Positions 10,634-19,714 of a DNA stretch of 64,000 bases are shown here, one piece after another; positions within the stretch are counted from its first letter, which is position 1, and each line of letters begins with the position of its first letter. Location of the stretch: assembly GCF_004765795.1 (NCBI RefSeq), contig NZ_SBIV01000002.1, forward strand, positions 186,001 through 250,000, given 5' to 3'. The notes below the pieces were generated by a model, which was not told the origin of the DNA, made no database searches, and saw only the letters and a program-made list of their open reading frames with translations. Source of the stretch: Halorussus marinus. Lineage in GTDB: Archaea; Halobacteriota; Halobacteria; Halobacteriales; Haladaptataceae. Position numbers and translations under genes: made by a program.

Positions 10634-12540
10634 GCGTCGCCGAGACGAGCGCCGTCGACGACCGCGGGTCGCGGTCGCTCTCGGTCCTCGATCGGGCGCT
10701 CTACGCGTTGTTCTCCCGGCACGCCGATTCGGCCCGCCACGACGCCGACCGCAAGCGCTACCGGGCGACCGGCGTGACCGCGAGCTTCGACGTCTACCTC
10801 GCGCGGACGTACGGCCTCTCGTGGCTCGCGTTCGGGCTGGCCGGGGTGTGGGCGTTCGGGGCGGTCGTGGCTCTGCCCGACGCGAGCGTCGGGGCGGTCG
10901 CGTCGTTCGTCCGGCGGGGCGTACCCGGCCTCGACGCCGTCTCCGGCCCGTCGGTCTCGGGGACGACTACGGCGCTCCTCGTCGGCGCCGCCGCGGGGCT
11001 GGCGGCCAAGCGCGCGGTCGTCGCGCTCGGGGGACGCTACCTCAAGTGGGCCGCCGACGCCCGCCGGTCGAACATCGACCGGACGCTCCCCGGCGCGGTC
11101 CGGTATCTCCACGCGCTGTCGTCGGGAAGCGACGACGGCGCGGCGATGCTCCGGAAAGTCGCCGACCGCGAGGCCGCGTACGGCGAGACCGCGGTCGCGT
11201 TCCGGAAGGCGCTGAACAAAGCGGCCCTGAGCGGGAGCCTCGGGGAGGGGCTAGGCGTCGTCGCCCGGGACACCCCCTCGCGGGACGCGCTGGCGCCGTT
11301 CCTCGTGAAGTTCCGCGAGCACGCCGAACAGGGCCCCGACGCGTTGGCCCAGTACCTCCAGATGGAGAGCCGCATGCTGAGCCACCGCCAGTCGAAGACT
11401 CGCGAGCAGGCGGGCGACTTCCTCGAACTCGTCGCGGAGATGTTCATCGTCCTGCTGGTGATGCCCGCACTGTTGGTCATCGTCCTGACCGTGATGAGCG
11501 TGCTCGCGCCGGGGCTGAGCGAACCCGTTGCGACCCCGTTCGGGACGACCTCGACCCGCGCGGTGCTGGTGTACGGGAGCGGCGCGTTCATCCTCGTCGT
11601 CGGGGGCGGCGCGGCCGCGATGGTCGCGCGGCTCCGGCCCCCGGACCAGTCGGGCCGGAGCTACGACCGACCCGCGGGCGCGCTTGCGACCGCCGCGAGC
11701 GCGCTCCGGAACCCGGCCAGCGCGGTCGTCGCGGCCGCGCCGTTCGCGGCCGGCGTCGTCGCGATCCTCCACGCCACCGGGGCCAAGCCGGTCGACGTGG
11801 CACTGTTGGGCTACGTCGCGTTCGCGGTGCCGGTCGGGCTCGTCGCGCTCCGCCGAGCCGGCCTCGACGACGCGAAAGACCGCGAGATCAAGGACTTCGT
11901 CCACGCGGTCTCGGGCCACGTCAGCCTCGGCCGGCCGTTCTCGGCGGCGGTCGAACGGGTCGCCAGCGACGTCGATCTGGGTGCGCTCGACCCCGACGTC
12001 GCCGATCTGGCGTTCAACGCGAACCTGACGACCCGCGAGCAGAACCTCCAGTCGGCGTCGCTCGCGCGGTTCGTCGACCGGGTCGGGACGCCGCTGGCCG
12101 ACCAGAGCATCGGCCTCGTGACGGGCGCGCTCGACGCCGGCGGCGACGCCGAGGCCGTCTTCGAGACCCTGCAGGTCGAGATCGGACGGCTCTACCACGA
12201 GCGCAAGGCGCTTCGCGCGAACATGCTCGTCTACGTCGCGGTCGGGTGGACCACCGGCATGCTGGTCGTGCTGATCATGGTCGCGGTCGACGTCTACGTG
12301 CTCGACAGTTTCGCTCAGTTGTCGTCGCTCTCGACCACCGACGCAGGGATGGCGCTCGATCCCGACGCGGTCGAGCCCGCCCGCGACAGACACCGGTTCT
12401 ACGTCGTCACGCAGGCCACGATGCTCGCCTGCGGGTGGTTCGCGGGCTACGCGAGCAGGGGTCCGTACGAGGCGCTGTTGCACTCGGGCGCGCTGGTCGG
12501 GGTCGCGTACTTCGTGTTCGCGGGGGTGGGAATGGTATGA
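10630..12540 (+). CDS. pilC: Type IV pilus membrane platform protein (PilC/TadC, T2SS-F domain x2)
   Basis: GTGA overlap with ATPase; IDRTLPGAVRYLHALS, ARDTPS, multiple TMs. Confidence 0.88.
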   Translation: MSVAETSAVDDRGSRSLSVLDRALYALFSRHADSARHDADRKRYRATGVTASFDVYLARTYGLSWLAFGLAGVWAFGAVVALPDASVGAVASFVRRGVPGLDAVSGPSVSGTTTALLVGAAAGLAAKRAVVALGGRYLKWAADARRSNIDRTLPGAVRYLHALSSGSDDGAAMLRKVADREAAYGETAVAFRKALNKAALSGSLGEGLGVVARDTPSRDALAPFLVKFREHAEQGPDALAQYLQMESRMLSHRQSKTREQAGDFLELVAEMFIVLLVMPALLVIVLTVMSVLAPGLSEPVATPFGTTSTRAVLVYGSGAFILVVGGGAAAMVARLRPPDQSGRSYDRPAGALATAASALRNPASAVVAAAPFAAGVVAILHATGAKPVDVALLGYVAFAVPVGLVALRRAGLDDAKDREIKDFVHAVSGHVSLGRPFSAAVERVASDVDLGALDPDVADLAFNANLTTREQNLQSASLARFVDRVGTPLADQSIGLVTGALDAGGDAEAVFETLQVEIGRLYHERKALRANMLVYVAVGWTTGMLVVLIMVAVDVYVLDSFAQLSSLSTTDAGMALDPDAVEPARDRHRFYVVTQATMLACGWFAGYASRGPYEALLHSGALVGVAYFVFAGVGMV

Positions 12541-13283
12541 GTCGGCGCCCGAACTCGCGCGTCCGCGCCCAGTCGAGCGTCGTCGGCGTCGCGGTCCTGC
12601 TCGGAGTGGTCGTCGTCTCGCTCGGGACGCTGACCGCGAGCGTCGGCACGGTCGTCGAGGAGAACGCCGCCACCGCCGACGCGACCCGGGTGGCGACCGA
12701 CCTCGACGCCGCGCTCGCGCCCGTCGAGGCGACCGGCGTCCGCCGCGGGCGGGTGTCGTTCACCGAGGGGCGACTGGAGACCGTCGACCGGAACCTCCGG
12801 GTGTTGAACGAGTCGGGGGTCGTTCGCACCGTCGGCGTCGACGCGCTCGTGTTCACCGCGGGCGACCGGCGGGTCGCCGCCCTCGCCGGCGCCGTCGTCC
12901 GCGGGACCGGCGCGAACGCCCGCCTCCGGACGCCGCCGCCCGTGACGGCGTCCCGCGGAGACAGGGGCCCCGAAGGTGTGCTCGTCGTCGGCGCGCCGGC
13001 GCTGAACGGCTCGGGGTCGATCGCGGCGACCGGCGGCGGATCGGCGCTCCTCCGCACCGACGTGAGCCACGCGCGGACCGACCTCGGAACCGGCTCCTAC
13101 CGAGTGGCGATCGAGACCGCGACGCCGGCGGCGTGGACCCGCCACTTCCGCGAGCGGAACGCGACGGTGACCACGCGGCGGTTCGCGGGCGACGACGAGC
13201 CGAGCGTGGTCGCCCGATTCCCCGGCGAGCGCGTCGCGTACCTCGTGGTCCACGACATGCGACTGGAGGTCCGCGGTGCGTAA
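12537..13283 (+). CDS. Pilin-like protein with class III signal peptide
   Basis: RA/QSSVVGVAVLLGVVVV prepilin-type N-terminus; ATGA overlap. Confidence 0.8.
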   Translation: MSRRPNSRVRAQSSVVGVAVLLGVVVVSLGTLTASVGTVVEENAATADATRVATDLDAALAPVEATGVRRGRVSFTEGRLETVDRNLRVLNESGVVRTVGVDALVFTAGDRRVAALAGAVVRGTGANARLRTPPPVTASRGDRGPEGVLVVGAPALNGSGSIAATGGGSALLRTDVSHARTDLGTGSYRVAIETATPAAWTRHFRERNATVTTRRFAGDDEPSVVARFPGERVAYLVVHDMRLEVRGA

Positions 13284-13749
13284 CCCGCGACCCGACCGCC
13301 GGGACAGGGGCGTCTCGCCGGTCGTCGGGAAGGCCCTCGAAGCGAGCATCGTCGTCCTCTACGTCTCGTTGCTCGGGGCGACGCTGTACGGCGGGCTGGT
13401 GCCCGAGTACCGGACCGCCGCGGGCGCGGAGGTCGGCGATCGGGTCCTCTCCCAGTCGACCCAGCGCGTCCAGCAGGCGGTTCCCCCGACGGCGCGGGCC
13501 GTCGAGACACGGGTGCGGGTGGCACTGCCCGCGACGATCCGCGGGCGGGGGTACTCGATCCGGGCCCAGAACCGGACGCTCGTCCTCGACCACCCGCGCG
13601 ACGGGGTCGGCGGCCGGGCGCGGCTCGCGCTCCCGGCGGCCGTCGAGTCGGTGACCGGCAACTGGTCGAGCGGCGAGCCGGCGGTCGTCGCGGTCCGGGG
13701 CGACGCCGACGGACTGACCGTCGCGCTCGAATCGGGGGCGGCCGAATGA
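13276..13749 (+). CDS. Pilin-like protein with class III signal peptide
   Basis: DRG/VSPVVGKALE followed by hydrophobic helix. Confidence 0.8.
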   Translation: MRNPRPDRRDRGVSPVVGKALEASIVVLYVSLLGATLYGGLVPEYRTAAGAEVGDRVLSQSTQRVQQAVPPTARAVETRVRVALPATIRGRGYSIRAQNRTLVLDHPRDGVGGRARLALPAAVESVTGNWSSGEPAVVAVRGDADGLTVALESGAAE

Positions 13750-14423
13750 GTCGCGCCCAGATGAACCTCCCGGCGCTGGCGGTGGCCCTGCTCGTCGTGA
13801 CGACGGTCTCGATCCTCGGATTCGGGATGGCCGACCGGGCGTTCGTCGCCGCCGACCGCGACCCGGGCGAGCGGCGGGTCGCGGTCGCGCTCTCCGAGCG
13901 GTTGGTCGGCGCCGAGACGCGGGTGACCGCCCGTGCCAACGTCCTCGACGCCGACGAACTCGGCGCGCTGAACGGGAGTCGGCTCCGGACGCTGTTCCCG
14001 GTCGCCGACGGTCGGGACGTTCGGCTCCGGATCGGCGACCGAACCGTGGCGATCGCGGGCGACCCCGCCGGCGGGACGACGATCCAGCGTGTAGTGCTGG
14101 TCGAGGAGCGCGAAGCGGCGACGCTCCACCCCGACCTCTCGGCGGCCGAACCGACGGTGACCCTCCCGCGGCGCTCGCCGAACGCCACCATCGAGCTCTC
14201 GCCGCCGGCAGGGACGACCGTCGAGACCGTCCGGGCGAACGACCGGGTCGTCCTCCGGAACGGGTCGGGGCTTGCGGGGCGGTTCGACGTTCGGCTGTCG
14301 GCGTTCGAGACCACGACCCTCTCGTTCGAGACCGACGGTCCGCTGCCGACCGAGAGTCTCGAAGTGACCTACGCGCCGGCCGAGACGCGCAAAGAACTCC
14401 TGGCGGTGACCGTCGATGGGTGA
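13746..14423 (+). CDS. Pilin-like protein with class III signal peptide
   Basis: MSRA/QMNLPALAVALLVV. Confidence 0.8.
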   Translation: MSRAQMNLPALAVALLVVTTVSILGFGMADRAFVAADRDPGERRVAVALSERLVGAETRVTARANVLDADELGALNGSRLRTLFPVADGRDVRLRIGDRTVAIAGDPAGGTTIQRVVLVEEREAATLHPDLSAAEPTVTLPRRSPNATIELSPPAGTTVETVRANDRVVLRNGSGLAGRFDVRLSAFETTTLSFETDGPLPTESLEVTYAPAETRKELLAVTVDG

Positions 14424-14832
14424 CCGAGGGCGACGCGGACAGCTCTCGCTGTCGGTCGTCGAGGCCGGGGTCGGCGCGATCCTGATCCTCGCGGTCGCGA
14501 TGGGGTTCGCACTCGGCGGTCCGCCGCCCGACGATCGGCGCGCGCAACTCGACGCGTACGCCGCCGACGCCGCGACCGTCCTCGCGGGAGAACCGCCCCG
14601 CCATCGGGGCGCGACCAGACTCGCGGAGGTAGTCCGGACGCGGGCGGCGTTCGACCGCGAGCGCGCCGCCCTCGAACGCCGGGTCGCCCGAATTCTCCCC
14701 GACAACCTCCTCTTCCGGGTGACTACCCCATACGGATCGGTCGGCTTCCGCAAGCCAGCCGGGATCGCGGTCGGGTCGGCGACCGTGACGACCGGCGGCG
14801 GCGACGTGAGAATCAGGGTGTGGTACGCGTGA
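14416..14832 (+). CDS. Pilin-like protein with class III signal peptide
   Basis: RRG/QLSLSVVEAGVGAILILAV. Confidence 0.8.
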   Translation: MGDRGRRGQLSLSVVEAGVGAILILAVAMGFALGGPPPDDRRAQLDAYAADAATVLAGEPPRHRGATRLAEVVRTRAAFDRERAALERRVARILPDNLLFRVTTPYGSVGFRKPAGIAVGSATVTTGGGDVRIRVWYA

Positions 14833-15362
14833 GCCGACCGGTAGCGCCGGGCGAGCGCGCCCAACTCGTCCTCGTCTCGGCGGCGGTGGTCGCCGTCGCG
14901 CTCGCGCCGGTGGTGATGGCGTACGTCCAGTTGGGCTACCACGCCGACGTGACCGCGAGCGAGGGGTACGACGCGCCCGCCGAGAACGCCGACCGGCTCC
15001 TGACCCGGGCGGTCCACGACGCCGCGGCCGGAACGACCGGCGCGGCGTGGGACGAGCGCGACGACGCGGTGGCCACGATGCGGTCGTCGGTGGCGCCCCG
15101 ACTCGACGCGCTCCGGTCCTCGCGGGTCGAGTCGGGGACCGTCTATCAGGTCGCGTACAACGAGTCGGCGGCCGACGCGTGGCGCCGCGCGAACTGCCCC
15201 GGCGGACCCGACCGGCAGTTCGGCGACTGCGAGGCGATCGACGGCGTCGTCGTTCAGGAGCGGGCGGGCGAGACCCACGTCCTCGCCGCGGCGTTCGACG
15301 TGCGGATAACGACCGACGGCGCGGAGTGGTCGCTGACGACCGTCGTCCAGAGCGTCGGCTGA
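14829..15362 (+). CDS. Pilin-like protein with class III signal peptide
   Basis: ERA/QLVLVSAAVVAVALAP; Cys pair CPGGPDRQFGDC. Confidence 0.8.
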   Translation: MSRPVAPGERAQLVLVSAAVVAVALAPVVMAYVQLGYHADVTASEGYDAPAENADRLLTRAVHDAAAGTTGAAWDERDDAVATMRSSVAPRLDALRSSRVESGTVYQVAYNESAADAWRRANCPGGPDRQFGDCEAIDGVVVQERAGETHVLAAAFDVRITTDGAEWSLTTVVQSVG

Positions 15363-15423
15363 CCTCGAGAGCCGCTCACGGTGGCGCGACGAACCGCAGA
15401 CCGGGGAGCGATGCGAGAGACGC

Positions 15424-16212
15424 TCACAGGTCGCTCCGGTCGAACCGGAGGATTCCGACGACGAGCGGGAGACAGAGCCACGCGACGAGCACGAGAACGC
15501 CGAACCACGCTGTCGCGTAGAACGCTTCGGTGGGCGCCGGTCCGCCCGACACGAGTCCCCGGACCGCCGTCTGGAAGGCGTTCGTGGGGTTCAGCTGGCC
15601 GAACACCGCGACCCATTCGGGGATCGGGCCGCGGGGCGGCGAGAAGCCGTTGAGCACGTACCGGACGATACCCGGGAGCTGGCTCCACAGCCCTAAAAAC
15701 AGCAGGTAGGTCCCGAACCCGAGCACGGCGGCCCGATTGGTAGTGCGGACGGCCGCCGAGATGCCGACCGCGAGCCCGACGATCGAGACCGCGAGCAGGA
15801 CGCCGAGCGCCCAGACGACCGCGAGCGATCCGAGTTCCGGGACCCCCGTCCGGAGAGCGGCGACGAGCGCCGCCGCGAGGAAGCCGGCGGTCACGAGCCC
15901 CGCCATCACGATCGCTCGCCCGACGGCGGTCCCGACGACCACCTCGCGGCGCGTATGCGGGTACGACAGCACGACCCGGAGCCCGCCGTTCTGGCGGCTT
16001 TGAGCCACCGACTGGTAGCCGACCACCAGCGAGACCAGCGGCACGAAGAACGCGACGATGCCGACCAGCGCCGCGGCGAGTGGCTGGCCGCCCGGCGCGA
16101 CGACGTAGCCCGCCAGCCCGAAGAGGACGACGAACACCGCGAGGTACACCCACAGCGACCGCGACCGGTAGGGGTCGAGCGCGTTTCGCTCGGCGACGAC
16201 CGTCCAGCTCAT
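15424..16212 (-). CDS. ABC-2 type transporter permease
   Basis: About six TMs, GGLRVVLSYPHTRREVVVG; ATGA overlap with ATPase. Confidence 0.85.
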   Translation of the reverse strand: MSWTVVAERNALDPYRSRSLWVYLAVFVVLFGLAGYVVAPGGQPLAAALVGIVAFFVPLVSLVVGYQSVAQSRQNGGLRVVLSYPHTRREVVVGTAVGRAIVMAGLVTAGFLAAALVAALRTGVPELGSLAVVWALGVLLAVSIVGLAVGISAAVRTTNRAAVLGFGTYLLFLGLWSQLPGIVRYVLNGFSPPRGPIPEWVAVFGQLNPTNAFQTAVRGLVSGGPAPTEAFYATAWFGVLVLVAWLCLPLVVGILRFDRSDL

Positions 16213-17117
16213 TCGCGCCCTCCGGTGTAGGCGGCGAACAGGTCGTCGAGCGACGCGTCGCTGGTCTCGATGTCGAGGACGGTCGCGCCGTCGGCCCGGA
16301 GCGCATCGAGGGCGTCCATCTTCCGTCGGTCGGGACACGACAGCGACACGGTCGCGCCGTCGGCGGCGACGTTCGAGACGCCGTCGAGGTCGCCGACGGC
16401 GTCGAGCGCGCCGTCGGGCGAGCGGTCGAGAGTCACGGTCATGGTCGCCTCCGAGCCGACGGCGTCCTGGAGCCCGTCGATGGTGTCGACCGCGACCAGT
16501 TCGCCGTCGGCGAGGATGCCGACGCGGTCACAGACCGCCTCGACCTGCCCGAGGATGTGACTCGAGAAGAAGACGGTCGCGCCCCGGTCGGCTTCGGTCC
16601 GGACGATCTCGCGCATCCGGCGCGCGCCGTTGGGGTCGAGGCCGGTCGAGGGCTCGTCGAGGATCAGCAGGTCGGGGTCGCCGACCAGCGCCATCGCCAG
16701 CAGGAGCCGCTGGGCCATCCCCTTCGAGAAGCCGCCGACCCGGCGGTCGAGCACGCCGTCGAGGCCGACTCGATCGAGCAGCGCCGCGGGGTCGTCGTCG
16801 GCGCCCTTCGAGTCGACGGCGAATTCGAGGTGGTGGCGCGCGGTCAGGTGGCCGTCGAGGTGGTAGCCGTCTGGGAGGACGCCGATGCGGCGCCTGATCC
16901 GTTTGGTCTCCGTTTGGGCGTCGAGACCGAAGACGCTGGCGTTGCCGGCCGTCGGACGGAGGAAGTCGAGCAGGACGTCGATGGTGGTGGACTTGCCCGC
17001 GCCGTTCGGCCCGAGGAAGCCGAACACTTCCCCGGACTCGACGGCGAGGTCGAGCCCGCGGAGGGCGACCACGTCGCCGAACCGCTTGCGGAGGGAGTCC
17101 AATTCGATGGCGGTCAT
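16209..17117 (-). CDS. ABC transporter ATP-binding protein
   Basis: GPNGAGKST, FSKGMAQR, LILDEP, SSH. Confidence 0.95.
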   Translation of the reverse strand: MTAIELDSLRKRFGDVVALRGLDLAVESGEVFGFLGPNGAGKSTTIDVLLDFLRPTAGNASVFGLDAQTETKRIRRRIGVLPDGYHLDGHLTARHHLEFAVDSKGADDDPAALLDRVGLDGVLDRRVGGFSKGMAQRLLLAMALVGDPDLLILDEPSTGLDPNGARRMREIVRTEADRGATVFFSSHILGQVEAVCDRVGILADGELVAVDTIDGLQDAVGSEATMTVTLDRSPDGALDAVGDLDGVSNVAADGATVSLSCPDRRKMDALDALRADGATVLDIETSDASLDDLFAAYTGGRE

Positions 17118-17245
17118 GCGTCGTGACCTACAGAGGGCGCCCGGATAGATCTTGTCATCGTGCTGTCGTTCTCGCCCGGCGAGCCGCGGGAGACGGCCAT
17201 TAACGCGGGGGAAGACTATTGTCCCGACCGTCCCACGTCCCGATA

Positions 17246-18346
17246 ATGCCCTCCCGACGCCAATTCCTCGCGACGTGTAGCGCCGCCGCCGTCAGCGGCC
17301 TCGCCGGCTGTACCGGACTCCTCGACGATCCGCCCGAGGGAACCGTCTGGAGCGCATCGGTCGGCGGCGCGAGCCCCCTCTCGCCGCCGGTGCTCACGGG
17401 GAGCGTCGTCGCGGCCGCCGGTCCGGACGGGGACCTGGAGGACGGTCGCGTCGACGCCTTCGACGCCGCGTCGGGCGAGCGGCGCTGGTCGAAGGAGGTG
17501 GGCCGCGTCACCGGCGTCGAGGCCGCCGGGGGCGTCGTCTACGTCGGCGTCAAGGCCGGCGGCGACACCGCCCGCGTCCTCGCGTTCGACGCGAGATCGG
17601 GCGAGCGGCGCTGGAACGGATCGGTTCGGAATCTCGCGTCCGCGATGGCCGCCGCCGACGGGGCGCTCTACGCCGCGAACGGCGGGCTCGCGGCGATCGA
17701 CCCCGCAGACGGGAGCGTGCGCTGGCAGTTCGACGACCGGGACGGCGCGACCTTCACGATCGTGGTCGCGCCGGGCGAGCAGCTCGCGGCCGACGGACGG
17801 CGGGTCGTCTACGGCGGGAACGGCGGCATCGTCGCGCTCGCGCCGGCCGACGGGAGCGTCGAGTGGCGCGCCGACACCGACTTCTCGACGAACGCCGGCC
17901 CGGCTCTCGGCGACGGGACGGCGTACGTCGGCGGGGACAACGGCGACGGGCTCGCCGCACTCGACGCGACGAGCGGCGACGTCCGGTGGACGCACACCTT
18001 CGGTCAGAGCGCCGGCGTGGCCGGGATCCGTCCGACCGATCGGTCGATGCTGGTCGCGACCGGGACCGCCGGCGTCGGCGGATCGTTCGGGACGCTGTAC
18101 GAGCTCGACCCCGAAACCGGGGTCGAGCGCCGCGAGACGCGGTTCGACGCGCCGGTCCGCGGGACCGCGACCGGCGGCGACTGGTTCGTCGTCCGGACGG
18201 CCGAGGACACCGTCGCCTGTTTCGACGCCGAGACGTTCACCGAAGCGTGGCGGACCGAGCTGTCGGCGAGCGCCCTGCTGGCGACCGACGGCGAGCGAGC
18301 GTACGCCCAGACCACCGACGGGACGCTGTGGGCGCTCGCGCCCTGA
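17246..18346 (+). CDS. Tat-exported lipoprotein with PQQ-like (BamB-type) beta-propeller repeats
   Basis: SRRQFL twin-arginine motif, LAGC lipobox, repeated AFDAxSGERRW. Confidence 0.88.
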   Translation: MPSRRQFLATCSAAAVSGLAGCTGLLDDPPEGTVWSASVGGASPLSPPVLTGSVVAAAGPDGDLEDGRVDAFDAASGERRWSKEVGRVTGVEAAGGVVYVGVKAGGDTARVLAFDARSGERRWNGSVRNLASAMAAADGALYAANGGLAAIDPADGSVRWQFDDRDGATFTIVVAPGEQLAADGRRVVYGGNGGIVALAPADGSVEWRADTDFSTNAGPALGDGTAYVGGDNGDGLAALDATSGDVRWTHTFGQSAGVAGIRPTDRSMLVATGTAGVGGSFGTLYELDPETGVERRETRFDAPVRGTATGGDWFVVRTAEDTVACFDAETFTEAWRTELSASALLATDGERAYAQTTDGTLWALAP

Positions 18347-18892
18347 TCACTCCAGCGTCTCGTCGAACCCCCACTGCTCGGCGCGCTCGCGAGCCTCCTC
18401 GCGTGCGCGCTCGCGGATCGCGTCGATCTTCTCCTCGTCGTCGAGAAACGCCTCGACCGCGTCCATCGACCCCGCGTCGGCGGTTTCGTCGCGACGGCTC
18501 GTGGGGGCGGCCGCCCGCGTCCGGTCGGCGAGGGCGGCGTCGCCCGCCAGCAGGTCCGCCGGCGCGTCGGCCGCCACTCGGCGGTCGGCCTCGCGGTGGT
18601 ACGCTTCGAGCGCCCCCGCCGAGACAGACCGGAGTTCGACCCTGTAGGGTCCGGGCACCGCGAGGTCCGCGAGTGCGTCGGCGCCGCGCCGACCCGTCCC
18701 GGTGTGGCCCGCCGCGACCGGCACGCCGTCTTCGAAGGTGAGTCGGCCCTCGCCCGTCCCGTCGAGCAGGAGCGCGTCCTGGGGTTCGAGGACGGCATAG
18801 CCCGTGAGCCCGCGGTCGAGGGCGGTCGCGAGCGCGTCCCCGGGGTCGCCGACGACTCGCGACAGCACGAGGGTACCCGACGGGAGGCTCAT
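18347..18892 (-). CDS. Conserved protein coupled to MinD
   Basis: ATGA overlap with minD; LTGYAVLEPQDALLL and C-terminal REEARERAEQWG helix. Confidence 0.75.
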   Translation of the reverse strand: MSLPSGTLVLSRVVGDPGDALATALDRGLTGYAVLEPQDALLLDGTGEGRLTFEDGVPVAAGHTGTGRRGADALADLAVPGPYRVELRSVSAGALEAYHREADRRVAADAPADLLAGDAALADRTRAAAPTSRRDETADAGSMDAVEAFLDDEEKIDAIRERAREEARERAEQWGFDETLE

Positions 18893-19662
18893 GGCGAGTC
18901 CGGCGCGACCGCGCTCCGGAAGCGGTCGGCCACCGCGTCCGATTCGCCGGCCCGCACGTCGAGCGTCCCCGCCGCCGCCTGATACGCTCGGGCGGCGTCG
19001 CTGTCGGGGGCGTGAGCGAGCAGGGGAGCGCCCGCCCGCCGGGCCGCCCGGGCGGCGTCGCTGTCGGGGACCGTCGCCAGCGTCGGCCCGTCGAAGTACC
19101 GCTCTGCCTTCTCGGCGACGTCCGAGGCGGCCTCGGGGTCTCGGACCTTGTTGAACACGACGCCCGCGGTGTCGGTGCCGTAGGAGGCGGCGTACTCCTG
19201 GACCTTGAGGCCGTCGCTGAGCGCCGGGATCGTCGGCTCGACCACCACCGCGACCCGATCGGCCAGCACGACCGGGAGGACCGCGCTCTTCGAGCCGAGC
19301 GCCGCCGGCGAGTCCAGCAGGATCACGTCGGCGTCGGCCGCCAATTCCGCGACCACGGCTCGGAGCCGGTCGGGGTCGGCCGCCTCGAAGGCCTCGAGGC
19401 TGGTCCCGCAGGGCACGACTCGCATGCCGAACCGCTCGTAGACGGCGTCCTCGACCGATCTGGCCGACCCCGCGATCAGCAGGTCGTGGAGGGTCGCGTC
19501 GGCGTCGGTCAGGCCGGTGTGAAAGAGGAGGTTCGCCATCCCGGTGTCGGCGTCCACCACGGTCACGTCGTACTCCTCGGCCAACGCCATCCCGAGCGCG
19601 ACCGTCGTGGTGGTCTTGCCGGTGCCGCCCTTCCCGCTCGCCACCGCGAACGCCTCGACCAT
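18889..19662 (-). CDS. minD: MinD/ParA family ATPase
   Basis: Deviant Walker A SGKGGTGKTT, VVDAD..MANL, LLDSPA. Confidence 0.92.
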   Translation of the reverse strand: MVEAFAVASGKGGTGKTTTTVALGMALAEEYDVTVVDADTGMANLLFHTGLTDADATLHDLLIAGSARSVEDAVYERFGMRVVPCGTSLEAFEAADPDRLRAVVAELAADADVILLDSPAALGSKSAVLPVVLADRVAVVVEPTIPALSDGLKVQEYAASYGTDTAGVVFNKVRDPEAASDVAEKAERYFDGPTLATVPDSDAARAARRAGAPLLAHAPDSDAARAYQAAAGTLDVRAGESDAVADRFRSAVAPDSP

Positions 19663-19714
19663 TGGGCCGTGATTGCGCTCGACGCGGTAAAAATCTAACC
19701 TTCGAGGCGAGAAA

